Below, one piece after another: positions 51,219 to 62,544 of a DNA stretch of 64,000 bases (positions are counted from its first letter, which is position 1; the number at the start of each line of letters is the position of its first letter). Below the pieces are notes generated by a model that saw only the letters and a program-made list of their open reading frames with translations, made no database searches and was not told where the DNA came from. Origin of the DNA: an uncultured cyanobacterium (lineage in GTDB: Bacteria; Cyanobacteriota; Cyanobacteriia; Cyanobacteriales; Nostocaceae); the NCBI GenBank assembly GCA_963740315.1, contig CAVUDP010000002.1, positions 928,001 through 992,000 on the forward strand. The letters are read 5' to 3'. Made by a program: the position numbers and the translations under genes.

Positions 51219-52705
51219 AGTTAATTATATACAGCTAATTACCGTTACAGTTTATTAAGCCTAAATCAGGATATCAAGTCATATTTTACTCAAATATTTT
51301 TTGTTTAATTCCTTACAATATAATATTTGTCGCTAGTAAAGTACTCCACCATCTGAATTTCAATCCCAGTGGAACGAGTCAAAACGCTCATAGACTGGGC
51401 TGATGCAATACCCCCAGCTTCACCGATAAAAATACCAAATACATAGTAAAATTACTTAGACTATTAGTAGTCCGTCCCATTAATAAGTAATGGGTGTATC
51501 CTAAAAACTATTGTTTTTTCTCCCCCCTCTTCCCCCTCTCCCCCCTCTTCCCTCGGCGGTGATATTTGTTATTGGATGGTTTACAAGAAGACTGGTAACA
51601 ACTGGAAAATAAGAGCGAATTCGAGAAGGCAAGTACAACTAAAGCCACCGTTGAATCTGGAATATACGTGCGGCGCGTGCCGTCGATAGAATGGCTAATC
51701 AAAATGTGCGTGTAGTTATATCTGTTTAGATTGCTAATTAAATTCCCATCGAAACTCACGCCGCATAAATTTACCCTCTCTTGTTTCAGGAAAGGAATCA
51801 CAAACGATCGAGCGGGAATCATATTTCAAATTATTCATTATCGATCGCTAGTCTTGGAAAACCACCCTTGACAAATTGCATTATCTAAGTTTTTGAATTC
51901 GATAATGTTGACAAAAGTTTGCGGAAAGTAAAACATTAATGGAGCGTATTATCTCATCATTTTTTATTTTTTAATAGCAAAATATTAATCTAAAAAACTA
52001 ATATTATTAGTACTCTTTATACTTTGTACCATGTAATAAATATATTCATATATGAACTGTTGCCTATTATTTATCTGCTATATAACTTGTCTTATTTAAA
52101 ACACATTCAAATAAATCATTAGTATCTAGCCAGACTTAAACGTCAATATTAACTACCATCTAATTAATCGCTAAACCTCAGTAATTACGCGGTTTTTCAG
52201 CCTTAACACAGAAATATAGTGAAGGACATAGTGATTAGAATAACTCAATATATACGGAGTATCTGATTTTAATTACTGAACCGAGGATATTTTATCTAAG
52301 TATTCTTGAGCAAAAATTATTGTTCAATAGAATACTCTAATATGACTTGCCATTGTATAAATTGTTAGTTAATAGACAAGATATAGCCGATATATTTAAT
52401 TTTTAAATAACCAAAATTAGAAAAAAAAATTTTTGTGTTTTTTTGAAAAATTGTTACACCGTCACAATCAAGAATTGATAAAGGTTTTACCCTTGCAATG
52501 TCAATTGAATGTCTGATATTTTGACAGTAATCTACGCTAAAACTCGGATACCCAAGTGAAAAGCTTCGTGCTATTGTGTTGCAGTTAATAGATAGTCAAA
52601 GCCAAAAAAATCAAGGTTTGGCAAATATCATGAGCGGGCAGTACGTTCGTTCGGAGAATAATCAAACCTCAGTTCTTTCGTAGCTTTAATTTAAAATTAA
52701 GACGC

Positions 52706-53674
52706 ATGAATCAAAGACTTTTGTGGACTGTTGTAGCTGTCATTTCAACCGTTGTTGGAACACCTTCTATTGGTCGCTCTGTGACGGTAAATGAACCATT
52801 AATTACCTCCCAGAAAACCCTTGAAAAAAATACAGAGGAGGTAAATAATAACGGCTCGAATACAGTTGTTACCAAGGTTTACGCACACAAATTAGCAGAC
52901 CGTCAGGCAGCAACTCTCTATATTCGCAACATTCCTGTTTTCACCTTCTTGAGTTCAGTTGCTAGCAATCAAGATTCAGATAAAGTAGCAGTTGAGAGCA
53001 ATAATAGTGACCCTGTAGAGAAAGCAACCCTACTAGCCGCAAAAATCAATGATTTAATCGACAAGAAAGTTGATGCCAGCCAGATTACCGTTAGCTGGAA
53101 CGGTAGCATCGAATCCTTGTCTGGAGCCAAAACCCCAACCGAACGCTACATTATCAAAGTTAACGGCTCCGAACTAGTAGAAATCGACGACGACATCCGG
53201 CTTCCCGACGCAACTAACAGTCTCAGACAAGATGCGCTGCAAGCAACCAATCGCTTGCGGAGACTTGTAGGTAAAGCATCTCCTCTAACAACAATTGCTG
53301 GCTTACCTCCAGAACTAACGGCACAAGCCCAAACACCCTCTGTTAAACAGCACACAAAGATTGCAAGAGGAAGAAAAAGAAGAGGCTTTAGAGGTATGGC
53401 TTCTTTCTACGGTTATGACGGTTCTGGTAACAAGACTGCTTCTGGTGAAAGATTTAATCCAGAGAGACTGACAGCCGCCCATCGCAGCTTACCTTTCGGT
53501 ACTAGAGTTCGCGTTACCAATATACGCAACGGTCGTTCTGTCGTTGTACGAATCAACGACCGAGGACCCTTCATTCGCGGTCGCGTCATTGACCTTTCCC
53601 ACCGTGCAGCACGAGTTATCAAAATGATTGGTAGAGGTGTCGCACCAGTCAGAATTGAAGTCTTAGGAAGATAA
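52706..53674 (+). CDS. rlpA: Septal ring lytic transglycosylase RlpA family protein
   Basis: Signal peptide; [15 protein letters not shown] and [16 protein letters not shown] motifs. Confidence 0.93.
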   Translation: MNQRLLWTVVAVISTVVGTPSIGRSVTVNEPLITSQKTLEKNTEEVNNNGSNTVVTKVYAHKLADRQAATLYIRNIPVFTFLSSVASNQDSDKVAVESNNSDPVEKATLLAAKINDLIDKKVDASQITVSWNGSIESLSGAKTPTERYIIKVNGSELVEIDDDIRLPDATNSLRQDALQATNRLRRLVGKASPLTTIAGLPPELTAQAQTPSVKQHTKIARGRKRRGFRGMASFYGYDGSGNKTASGERFNPERLTAAHRSLPFGTRVRVTNIRNGRSVVVRINDRGPFIRGRVIDLSHRAARVIKMIGRGVAPVRIEVLGR

Positions 53675-54087
53675 GAATTGAGCATGGGGAATAGGGAATA
53701 GGCAGTAGGGAATAGGCAGTAGGGAATAGGGAGTAGTTAAGAGTTAGGAGTTAGGACCACCGGAGTTAAGAGTTAAGAGATGATATTGCGGAGGAAGCAA
53801 TTTAAAATTAATTAATATCCCCTGCCTCAAGAGCCAAAGAGCCGCCGTAGGCTCTCTTCTCCCCGTCTCCCCCGAACCCCATCTCCCCCGAACCCCGTCT
53901 CCCCCGAACCCCCTCTCCCCCGAACCCCCTCTCCACCTCTCCCCCTCTCCCCCTCTCCCCATCTCCTTCATCTTCACATTGCCTAAATTTAATTAAATAT
54001 CTTAATAATCCTCTATCTAATTAGTCTCTTTCCCCGAATTCGGATATAAACTAACGGGGGAAAGCTAGTGTAGATAGAGGTTTTTTT

Positions 54088-55710
54088 GTGCGCCTGTTGA
54101 CAACGGTCGCGGCATTACGCTGCTATTTAAATTTACTCCGTTGGCAAAGTAAGCCTTTGCATTCTGAGGAGCCGCTACCCCATGAGATGACAACTCGCCT
54201 CCAAACAGAAGTAGGCTTAGTTCCTACTATGGGAGCTTTGCATCAGGGTCATTTAAGCTTGATTGAACGGGCGCGGAAGGAAAATGCCATTGTAATAGTT
54301 AGTATTTTTGTCAACCCGCTACAATTTAGTCCTGACGAAGATTACGAACGCTATCCCCGCACTTTGGAGCAAGATAAGCAATTCTGCCAAAATGCCGGGG
54401 TAGATGCTATGTTTGTACCAAATCCGGAAGAGATGGGGGTTGTCCGGAAGAGTATACAAGTTTCTCAAAATTTACAAGATTCAAATGTTACACAAGTTAC
54501 TCCCCCATCTGGTATGATATCAGGCTTGTGTGGTCGTACTCGGCTAGGGCATTTTCAAGGTGTGGCTACTATTGTTACCAAGCTATTTAACTTGGTGCAG
54601 CCAGACCGGGCTTATTTTGGTCAAAAGGATGGTCAGCAATTAGCCCTGATTAAACGGCTTGTTACGGATCTTAATTTTCCAATAGAAATTGTCGCTTGTC
54701 CAATTGTTAGGGAAGCGAACGGACTTGCTTTAAGTTCCCGCAACCAGTATTTAACTGCAAGTCAGAAACACTCCGCAGCTGCTTTGTATCGTGGCTTGCA
54801 AAAAGCTCGTGCTGCGTTTCGCTCGGGAGTTCGCAAAAGCAGCATACTGATTGAAACTGTTCTTGAAGAAGTAGTAATAGTTAGTGATGTGACTGTAGAA
54901 TATACTGAATTGATTGAACCAACTACGTTAATACCGCTAGATGAAATTAAGGAGGAAGGAATGATTGCGATCGCCGCTCATCTTGGTTCTACACGACTGA
55001 TTGACAATATCATTTTGCGCGATCGCCAACCGATAGTCGCCATCGATGGACCTGCTGGTGCCGGTAAATCTACCGTAGCTCGTCAAGTAGCAGCTAAACT
55101 AGGGCTAGTATTCTTAGATACGGGTGCTATGTACCGTGCCTTTACATGGCTGGTATTGCAAAAGGGAATTGCAATAGATGATGAATGTGCGATCGCCGAG
55201 TTGGCTAACCGCTGTTCAATTAAATTGGCTCCCAGCGAAGATTTAAAATCGCCGGTACGAGTTTGGATTAATGATAACGACGTTACCGATCGGATTCGCA
55301 CGCCAGAGGTGACATCAAAAGTATCGGCGATCGCAGCACAAAGTGCCGTGCGTCAAGCGTTAGTAAAACAACAGCAAAGCTGGGGTAAAAAAGGCGGTTT
55401 AGTGGCAGAAGGACGAGATATCGGGACTCAAGTTTTTCCCGATGCTGAGGTCAAAATCTTCTTAACCGCAACTGTTTCCGAACGCGCACGCCGTCGCCAG
55501 GAAGACTTTCAAAGACAAGGACACGATCCACTCAGTCTTGAGGAACTCGAACGTAGCATAGCTGAACGCGACTGGAAAGATAGCACCAGACTGGTTTCAC
55601 CGCTAATGAAAGCAGTAGATGCTACCGAAATAGTTACGGATGGACTAACGATTGATGAAGTAACAACAAGAATTGTGAACCTTTATCACCAGTGCTTGGC
55701 TCATTTGTAA
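54088..55710 (+). CDS. panC/cmk: Bifunctional pantoate--beta-alanine ligase / cytidylate kinase
   Basis: PTMGALHQGH, FGQKD, LSSRN and RLIDN, followed by IDGPAGAGKST and EGRDIG. Confidence 0.96.
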   Translation: MRLLTTVAALRCYLNLLRWQSKPLHSEEPLPHEMTTRLQTEVGLVPTMGALHQGHLSLIERARKENAIVIVSIFVNPLQFSPDEDYERYPRTLEQDKQFCQNAGVDAMFVPNPEEMGVVRKSIQVSQNLQDSNVTQVTPPSGMISGLCGRTRLGHFQGVATIVTKLFNLVQPDRAYFGQKDGQQLALIKRLVTDLNFPIEIVACPIVREANGLALSSRNQYLTASQKHSAAALYRGLQKARAAFRSGVRKSSILIETVLEEVVIVSDVTVEYTELIEPTTLIPLDEIKEEGMIAIAAHLGSTRLIDNIILRDRQPIVAIDGPAGAGKSTVARQVAAKLGLVFLDTGAMYRAFTWLVLQKGIAIDDECAIAELANRCSIKLAPSEDLKSPVRVWINDNDVTDRIRTPEVTSKVSAIAAQSAVRQALVKQQQSWGKKGGLVAEGRDIGTQVFPDAEVKIFLTATVSERARRRQEDFQRQGHDPLSLEELERSIAERDWKDSTRLVSPLMKAVDATEIVTDGLTIDEVTTRIVNLYHQCLAHL

Positions 55711-56114
55711 TCGCTTTGGGGTCGATAGCATCTTTTTTCTTCGCTCGGAGAACTTAACGACCACTTTCTATTTTGGCATCATAAAGAAACTCTGTCATCC
55801 TTTTTAGGGGATAGAGTTCTCAAATTCTAGTTAGAAATTAATAAATCTTCTGTTAGCACTTTTGGTGGTGACAGGAGAATACCATTTGGATATTTAATAG
55901 AATAGAAAAGAAAAAAATATCGGATAAGCAGGTAAGTTATCTCAGATTAAGGGTTGTCTGAGTTCCCCAATAGCACTAAGCTAAATGGGGTAGGGGGGGA
56001 TAGCAGAGTAAACACGCCGGAGTTTTATATCCGAATTCTTTACTGCAAGCTAGATAATGCTTCCCCAAGCTTTCGACAAACATCTTGAAGATAAGCCTTC
56101 TCCAAAAAAAAACC

Positions 56115-56588
56115 ATGTTCAAAAAAATAGCTGCTAAACTAAAATCCAATTACCCCGCACCACAGGTACACGCTCATTGCGACGGACCTTGTGGAGTCTA
56201 CGATCCTTCTTCTGCAAGAATTACAGCAGAAGCAGTAGTGTCCATGACCAAGAAAATCATGGATTTGCAGCATCCAGAGGTTGGCGATAAAGCATCAATG
56301 ATTGCTTACCACAACACCTTGTCTCGCTTCGTTGCTATCAAAGAAGAACAAGCTCAAAAAACCAAAGAAGACTTATTAATTCTTTGGACAGATTATTTTA
56401 AGCCAGTACACCTCGAAAAGTATCCTGACTTACACGACACTTTCTGGAAAGCAGCAAAGCTTTGCTCCGCTTGTAAAGTAGAAGTTAATCTCGACCACGC
56501 CAACGAATTAATGGAAGCCGTACATAAAATCCATAATATGTTCTGGGCAACCAAAGACCGTGATGTTGCTTGGTACAAAGCTAGCTAA
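56115..56588 (+). CDS. sodN: Nickel superoxide dismutase precursor
   Basis: Ni-hook HCDGPCGVYDP; ATG at 56115. Confidence 0.96.
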   Translation: MFKKIAAKLKSNYPAPQVHAHCDGPCGVYDPSSARITAEAVVSMTKKIMDLQHPEVGDKASMIAYHNTLSRFVAIKEEQAQKTKEDLLILWTDYFKPVHLEKYPDLHDTFWKAAKLCSACKVEVNLDHANELMEAVHKIHNMFWATKDRDVAWYKAS

Positions 56589-56629
56589 GACAGAGTTGAG
56601 TCGATAAAGCTTTTAACTTGGTTGGAGCA

Positions 56630-56974
56630 ATGAACGAGGAATTACAAACAGCCTTCAAATTGCTACAGCTGCTTGTGGGAATGCGGAAAAGATTGCGTGT
56701 TAGCGGTTCTTCAATGCTTCCGGAGCTTCAGCCAGGAGAAGAAATATTATTTAATCCAAAAGCTTATCGGCAAAAGCTGCCAAAAGTAGGCGATATCGTA
56801 GTTGCAAGACATCCCGAGAGAGCAAAACAAATAATCAAGAGAGTGGCTTTAGTACTTGAAGATGGTTCTTGTTTTCTTACAGGAGACAATGCCCAAGCAA
56901 GTACAGATAGCCGCTCTTTCGGTTTTATCCCCCTCAACAAAATTCTTGGCAAAGTTACGTCGAAATTTCCTTAA
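56630..56974 (+). CDS. sodX: NiSOD maturation protease (S26-like)
   Basis: VSGSSMLP, GDIVV, IIKR, GDN and DSR motifs; adjacent to sodN. Confidence 0.9.
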   Translation: MNEELQTAFKLLQLLVGMRKRLRVSGSSMLPELQPGEEILFNPKAYRQKLPKVGDIVVARHPERAKQIIKRVALVLEDGSCFLTGDNAQASTDSRSFGFIPLNKILGKVTSKFP

Positions 56975-57028
56975 TCAGTTACCAGTCACCAATCACCAGT
57001 TACCAGTTACCAGTTACCAGTAATAAAC

Positions 57029-57235
57029 ATGAATAGTACAGAATTAGGAAAATATATAGAAGTAACTGAAGGTATTTCCAAACCTTGGCTGCTAGTACAG
57101 TTACGACTCCTGAAGCTAGAAGAAAATCGAGATAAACTTTCAGAAAACGAATATGCAGAAAACCTACAAGACATCCATGAAGATTTAATGAATTTAGGAG
57201 AATGGTGGGTTGGCATCGAAGACAAAGTATTTTGA
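57029..57235 (+). CDS. Small conserved hypothetical protein
   Basis: 68-aa ORF with ATG start, co-oriented between sodX and purM. Confidence 0.75.
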   Translation: MNSTELGKYIEVTEGISKPWLLVQLRLLKLEENRDKLSENEYAENLQDIHEDLMNLGEWWVGIEDKVF

Positions 57236-57364
57236 CAGCGAACCGCAAATCATAAATAATTAACATTACAAACAATAAATAACTAGTAACTGATGACTGT
57301 TAACTGTTAACTGCTAACTGCTAACTGGTCACTGGTCACTGGTCACTGGTCACTGGTTACTGAA

Positions 57365-58399
57365 ATGGATTATCGGGATGCAGGGGTTGATGTTGAAGCT
57401 GGACGCGATTTTGTTGGTCAAATTCGCAATTTGGTTCACAGCACTTTTAGAAAGGAAGTAATTGGTGGATTGGGTGGCTTTGGAGGTTGCTTTGAGTTAC
57501 CCGCAGGTTATAAGCAACCCGTTCTCATTTCGGGTACTGATGGTGTTGGAACAAAGTTGAAAATAGCCAATATTATCAATCGTCATGACACGGTTGGTAT
57601 CGATTTAGTGGCGATGTGCGTTAACGATGTGCTGACATCTGGTGCAGAACCTTTATTTTTTTTGGATTATTTAGCGACGGGTAAACTCGAACCAGAACAG
57701 TTAACTCAGGTAGTTGCAGGTGTCGCTTCTGGCTGCAAGCAAGCGGGTTGCGCTTTACTGGGAGGAGAAACCGCCGAAATGCCGGGTTTTTACCAAGTAG
57801 GAGAATATGACTTGGCTGGCTTTTGCGTGGGAATTGTTGAGAAAAGTCAGATGCTTGATGGAAGTAGGGTAGAAATAGGTGATGTGGCGATCGCTCTTGC
57901 GAGTTCTGGAGTACACAGCAATGGCTTTAGTTTAGTAAGAAAAATTATTAGCGATAAAGGATTAAGTTGGAACGATACCCCAAGTTTATTGGGCGGTAAA
58001 TCTTTAGGTGAAACTTTTTTAACGCCGACGTGCATTTACGTTAAACCAGTATTAGCGGCGCAAAAAGCTGGTTTAGAAATCCACGCAATGGCGCATATTA
58101 CAGGTGGTGGATTACCGGAAAACTTACCCAGATGCTTGGGAGAAGGTAAATCTTTTGAAATTAAAACCCATAGCTGGACAATTCCCCCCGTGTTTGAATG
58201 GTTAGCACAAGTCGGTGATGTTAATCCGAGTGCTATGTACAATACTTTCAATATGGGAATTGGTTTTGTTGTATTAGTTCCACCCTCACAAGCACAGCAA
58301 ACGATTAGCTTTTTTGAATCCCAAAATATTACAGCTTATAACATTGGTGAAATAATTTATGGCAATGGAGAATTGATTGGTTTACCAGATCAAAAGTGA
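57365..58399 (+). CDS. purM: Phosphoribosylformylglycinamidine cyclo-ligase (AIR synthetase)
   Basis: [34 protein letters not shown] and FNMGIG motifs. Confidence 0.97.
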   Translation: MDYRDAGVDVEAGRDFVGQIRNLVHSTFRKEVIGGLGGFGGCFELPAGYKQPVLISGTDGVGTKLKIANIINRHDTVGIDLVAMCVNDVLTSGAEPLFFLDYLATGKLEPEQLTQVVAGVASGCKQAGCALLGGETAEMPGFYQVGEYDLAGFCVGIVEKSQMLDGSRVEIGDVAIALASSGVHSNGFSLVRKIISDKGLSWNDTPSLLGGKSLGETFLTPTCIYVKPVLAAQKAGLEIHAMAHITGGGLPENLPRCLGEGKSFEIKTHSWTIPPVFEWLAQVGDVNPSAMYNTFNMGIGFVVLVPPSQAQQTISFFESQNITAYNIGEIIYGNGELIGLPDQK

Positions 58400-58741
58400 C
58401 AAATTATACATATATTCCGGCGTTTGAATGCATCTTTTTAGATAGATAAGGCGCTACATATTCCTGTGTACGGTATTTTTACTTGTTATACAAAAATTAT
58501 TTTATAGCTTAATTACTTGAGTAATAAGAACTATTTATTACTGCAATACTGATAAATCATCTGAAAGACTCATGACCATAAACATTAAAATTTGCTAAGT
58601 TAGTCTTAACATATTGCAAAAGTTTGCTAAAAACATGCGAAAAGTTGATGTTAAAACAAATCCGAAGCATAGATGTTTTCCGGACTACAAGTGTGGGTGA
58701 GTGGATTGTTAAGAATAAATAATTTTACACAAGAAAAGGCT

Positions 58742-59431
58742 ATGGTTGTAAATACTGCCCTTACTTGTGCCTCTAAGACGCTTTTACAAGAAGTATTTGA
58801 GAACTTAGACGCACAAAGTTGTCCGAATCATTATAATTTTCACATGCATACCGTATATTCTGATGGTCAAATGGAGCCTTCAGAGGTAATCGGGCAAGCA
58901 ATTGACAATGGTTTAAAAGGACTTGCAATTACCGACCATCATAATACAGGTGGCTATCAAGCTGCTAAAAAATGGTTGCAAGACTGGAAATCGAATAATC
59001 CCGATGCCGATGTGCCTTATTTATGGAGCGGTGTTGAAATAAATGCCAATCTTTTGGATGTGGAAGTTCATATTTTAGGTTACGCATTTGAGCCAGAGCA
59101 TTCGAGCATACAAGCCTATATTCAAGGAAAAACAGTTACGGGTTCCGAGTATGAAGCTGTAAATATAATTGCTGCAATTCAGGAAGCTGGAGGATTGGCA
59201 GTACTAGCTCATCCAGCACGTTATAGAAGGAAAAGCCATTTCGAGTTAATTCCTGCTGCTGCTGAATTAGGAATCGATGGTGTGGAGAGCTTTTATGCTT
59301 ACAGCAGTCGCAAACCCTGGAAACCAAGTCCCACCCAAACGCAACAAGTGCAGCGATTAGCCATCGAATATGGATTGTATAGTACTTGCGGTACGGATAG
59401 CCACGGTTTTAGCTTACTCGAACGGTTATAA
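58742..59431 (+). CDS. PHP domain protein
   Basis: HMHT..SDG, ITDH, LAHP and GTDSH motifs; start at 58742 or 58673. Confidence 0.9.
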   Translation: MVVNTALTCASKTLLQEVFENLDAQSCPNHYNFHMHTVYSDGQMEPSEVIGQAIDNGLKGLAITDHHNTGGYQAAKKWLQDWKSNNPDADVPYLWSGVEINANLLDVEVHILGYAFEPEHSSIQAYIQGKTVTGSEYEAVNIIAAIQEAGGLAVLAHPARYRRKSHFELIPAAAELGIDGVESFYAYSSRKPWKPSPTQTQQVQRLAIEYGLYSTCGTDSHGFSLLERL

Positions 59432-59500
59432 GTATTTAGCAGTTAGTAGTTGATTGTTAATTGGGTATTTTAACTATCAACTAACAACTAACAAACGTTC

Positions 59501-60142
59501 TTATTTTTGAAATTCTGATAATAACCAAGCACCAACTTGACTTTGATTCATCCGACGAGTACGACGAAAAGCTTCTTCAAGAATTGAAATATTTAAACCT
59601 GGCAATACTTGAGATTGAGTGATTCTTCTACTACCGTTATTTTCTATACAAAAAGCTATAATACGAACGTTTTTTACATCTATAATCCAATATTCGCCTA
59701 TTCCTAACTCTTCGTAGAGCAGACGTTTTTCACCTTGATCGTCAGCTAAAGAAGTATTAGCAACTTCAATTACTAAATTCGGTGCTGGATAATCATTAAG
59801 GCTAATTATGGAAGTACCGAAAGGGATTGCATCAGCATTATCGCCAATATAATATGATACATCTGGTTGAATGTCATTAAAGCCTATTTTACGGTAAGTA
59901 CAGTTATCTCCACCATTAATACTGATACCTTTAATAGTGGCAAAAAGATTAACGGCATAAATAATAACCGTATGATCTCGTGAATGGTCAAAACCTACTG
60001 GTGGCATTTCAATCCTCATTTTACCGTTGTAGTAGTAACCCTTAGCTTTTTCATAAGCAGGGTTTTCAATTATCTGGATATATTCATCCCAAGACACTGC
60101 TACCCAAGTGTCAGTCGCTATTTTTGTTTGTAAATTGCTCAT
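59501..60142 (-). CDS. Uma2 family endonuclease-like protein
   Basis: QPD, PNLVIEVA and EYWIID motifs. ATG at 60142 preferred; the longer start lies inside a MITE. Confidence 0.9.
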   Translation of the reverse strand: MSNLQTKIATDTWVAVSWDEYIQIIENPAYEKAKGYYYNGKMRIEMPPVGFDHSRDHTVIIYAVNLFATIKGISINGGDNCTYRKIGFNDIQPDVSYYIGDNADAIPFGTSIISLNDYPAPNLVIEVANTSLADDQGEKRLLYEELGIGEYWIIDVKNVRIIAFCIENNGSRRITQSQVLPGLNISILEEAFRRTRRMNQSQVGAWLLSEFQK

Positions 60143-60212
60143 GATTGATTTGAGCCGATAATAGTTTACTTTATTATGACAGTGTAATTTAAAGTCGATC
60201 GTAATCTGAAAT

Positions 60213-60316
60213 GGGAGCATCCCAAATCTATAATTTTGTAGTGCGAGCATCTTGCTCGCTATAGATATCCAGATGCTCGCACTATCTGCGGATTTTTCAA
60301 TAGTTAGGATGCTCTC
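60213..60316. mobile_element. 104-bp MITE with a 9-bp target-site duplication
   Basis: ATCTGAAAT at 60204-60212 and 60317-60325; ends GGGAGCATCCCAA / TTAGGATGCTCTC; internal GTAGTGCGAGCATC..GATGCTCGCACTA palindrome. Confidence 0.85.
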
Positions 60317-60427
60317 ATCTGAAATCCTATACTTAGAATTAATAAATCAGATTTTTATAAAAACCAAATTTCTCAATACCACACAATATTCTCTTATTGA
60401 TAACTGTTCACTGTTCACTGTTCACTG

Positions 60428-61006
60428 CTAACTGCTAACTGTCAAACTGTAATCAATTAATTCTGGAAAGAATGCCGAAAAATCAGCTTGAAGTTGCTGA
60501 TAGTTAAAAATTAATTCTTCCACTCCACCAAACAAATTATTTTCCCTTTTGATTCTACGAGAAAGTCCGTTAATGGCTCTATCAATCGTAGATATTTTTC
60601 TATATGATGCCAGCCAATCATGAGCAATCATATCTGGAAGAATACTTTTTAATCGTTCGGGAAGTATGCTTTTATTCTCTAGCAGTACTTTATAAACATG
60701 ATTTGTAAAATCGTTTAGTGAAATAGTTGAATAATTAGACCAGTTTTGAGCTAAGAAATGATCGTAAAATACATCAATCATAATTCCCGAAAATCTACGT
60801 CTACCAATACCAATCAGTCTTTTACTTGACCTAAAGATTCGGTGCGAGTCCGTGTAACTATCTATTTTTCGATGTAAATAAATACCTTTGATTATTTCCT
60901 TTGAATAAATATTTTCTATCGAACCCTTTACAAAATCCCCTAAAAGATTTCCTATCAAAGACTCTGGTGTACCATCTGATAAAAATAAATGAGCTAAGTA
61001 ATTCAT
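60428..61006 (-). CDS. acpH: ACP phosphodiesterase (AcpH/DUF479 family)
   Basis: MNYLAHL, GDFVKG, HRKID and DVFYDHFLA motifs. Confidence 0.88.
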   Translation of the reverse strand: MNYLAHLFLSDGTPESLIGNLLGDFVKGSIENIYSKEIIKGIYLHRKIDSYTDSHRIFRSSKRLIGIGRRRFSGIMIDVFYDHFLAQNWSNYSTISLNDFTNHVYKVLLENKSILPERLKSILPDMIAHDWLASYRKISTIDRAINGLSRRIKRENNLFGGVEELIFNYQQLQADFSAFFPELIDYSLTVSS

Positions 61007-61126
61007 TGGTACTAACAAATCCGTGAATATTTAATACAATGTAATACTTTTAACTTTAATTGTTAAGCAAACAATATTATAAATTAATTACCTAATTTCA
61101 TTGAAAAAGTTATTTAAAAATTATTT

Positions 61127-61864
61127 ATGAGTCAATTGTGGAATGATTTTACGAACTGGTATCCAAGTGAAATGATATCAAATGACCGCACGAGTTTAAT
61201 ATTATTAGTAGGAATTGCTATAGTTACTGGAATTATGTGGCAAAGTCGAAGTGGTAAAAAAATTCTTTATCCCTTAACTTTACTATCAACTTGGTACCAT
61301 GAGATGGCACATGGTTTAATGGCTGTGTTGCTAGGAGCAAATTTCAAGAAACTAGAGATTTTTGCTAATGGTAATGGATTAGCTCGGTATGAATATCGCG
61401 GTTCGCTATTTTTAGGATCGATTGGTAACGTACTTGTTTCTGCTGCTGGTCCGATGGGACCTCCTATTATCGGTGCTGGTTTTATTTTGGCTTCTCGTAG
61501 TTGGCAAACATCCCAGCAACTTTTAATTATTTTGGGCAGCTTTATGTTAATTTCAGTTCTAATTTGGGTACGAACTGGAATTGGAATTATCCTAATTACT
61601 TTACTTGGTTTAATAATTTTAGGAATCGGATTAGAAGCACCGCCACAAATCAAAGTTTTTGCAATTCAGTTTCTTGGCGTGCAGGCTTGTATAAGCACAT
61701 TCCGCGATTTTAATTATGTTTTTCGCTATTGCGGTGGTAATTCTGATACTGCTCAAATTGCCTCCATTTTGATTTTGCCACATTGGTTTTGGGGAATTTT
61801 AATCACGATCGCATCCCTTTTTCTCTTAATTCAAAGTCTTCGGATTGCTTATCTTTCCAATTAA
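61127..61864 (+). CDS. M50B-like membrane metallopeptidase
   Basis: HEMAH zinc motif, AAGP and SD motifs; many TM helices. Confidence 0.88.
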   Translation: MSQLWNDFTNWYPSEMISNDRTSLILLVGIAIVTGIMWQSRSGKKILYPLTLLSTWYHEMAHGLMAVLLGANFKKLEIFANGNGLARYEYRGSLFLGSIGNVLVSAAGPMGPPIIGAGFILASRSWQTSQQLLIILGSFMLISVLIWVRTGIGIILITLLGLIILGIGLEAPPQIKVFAIQFLGVQACISTFRDFNYVFRYCGGNSDTAQIASILILPHWFWGILITIASLFLLIQSLRIAYLSN

Positions 61865-61876
61865 TTACTAAATCCG

Positions 61877-62074
61877 ATGAATATTGTGTGCGATCGCTGT
61901 GGATACACAAGCCATTACTCGCAATGGGATGAATGGGTGAATTGTCAAGTTGCGATCGCACAATATTTAGATAGTTTACAATTCTTCGCGGCTTTATGTG
62001 AAGCTCGAAATCTTAGCAGCCCAGAAATGTTACCGTATTCTGACGCTGAAGAAGATTTGTATGTTTTACTGTAA
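61877..62074 (+). CDS. Small hypothetical protein with CxxC
   Basis: ATG 12 nt after the previous stop; contains two HIP1 sites; no recognised domain. Confidence 0.4.
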   Translation: MNIVCDRCGYTSHYSQWDEWVNCQVAIAQYLDSLQFFAALCEARNLSSPEMLPYSDAEEDLYVLL

Positions 62075-62544
62075 ATTTTTACGTTTTACAACATCAAACG
62101 TGTAAATACTTAAATAAATAAATAGTTAGTTAATAATCTTACTCTTCCTTTAATTAATTTATCAGTCTATATTAATGGACTTATGCCATAATAGCGGGGA
62201 ATTGGATTCGCAGCCGGACATGGGAAAAGTCGAAAAATATCAATATACTTAGTACTTTTTATGAAAATATTTTCTTTTAATCCCTGATTATAAAGCATTA
62301 AACTTTTATCTTAGTACCACGGTGAACATGAAGTTCTTGTTAAAAACTGCTTCAGGTAGATGCGTAATGCCCCTTGGTAATGATAAATAAATAATCATTG
62401 GCTTTATTAAATCAATTTGATTGATTCTTGGTTGCGGTGAATAGCGGCATTTGTTTGCCTAAAATTTAATTTCACTCCTCGCACTCAACTAATACCCAAC
62501 CGAGTCAACTTTAAAACTACAAAATCGACAACCGCGCATATACG

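Noticed and set aside
51340..51425. Possible riboswitch (CCCAGT/ACTGGG stem)
   Set aside because: Only a short stem, with no match to riboswitch consensus sequences I know.
51508..51822. 104-aa minus-strand ORF
   Set aside because: No recognisable motif and a repeat-derived C-terminus; it cannot be supported or excluded without a search.
53744..53977. Minus-strand Gly/Arg-rich ORF (also 31146-31388, 50413-50613, 63483-63689)
   Set aside because: STRR-derived low-complexity translations.
2003..61713. Numerous short antisense or alternate-frame ORFs inside confident genes
   Set aside because: Shadow ORFs with no motifs, overlapping well-supported CDSs.
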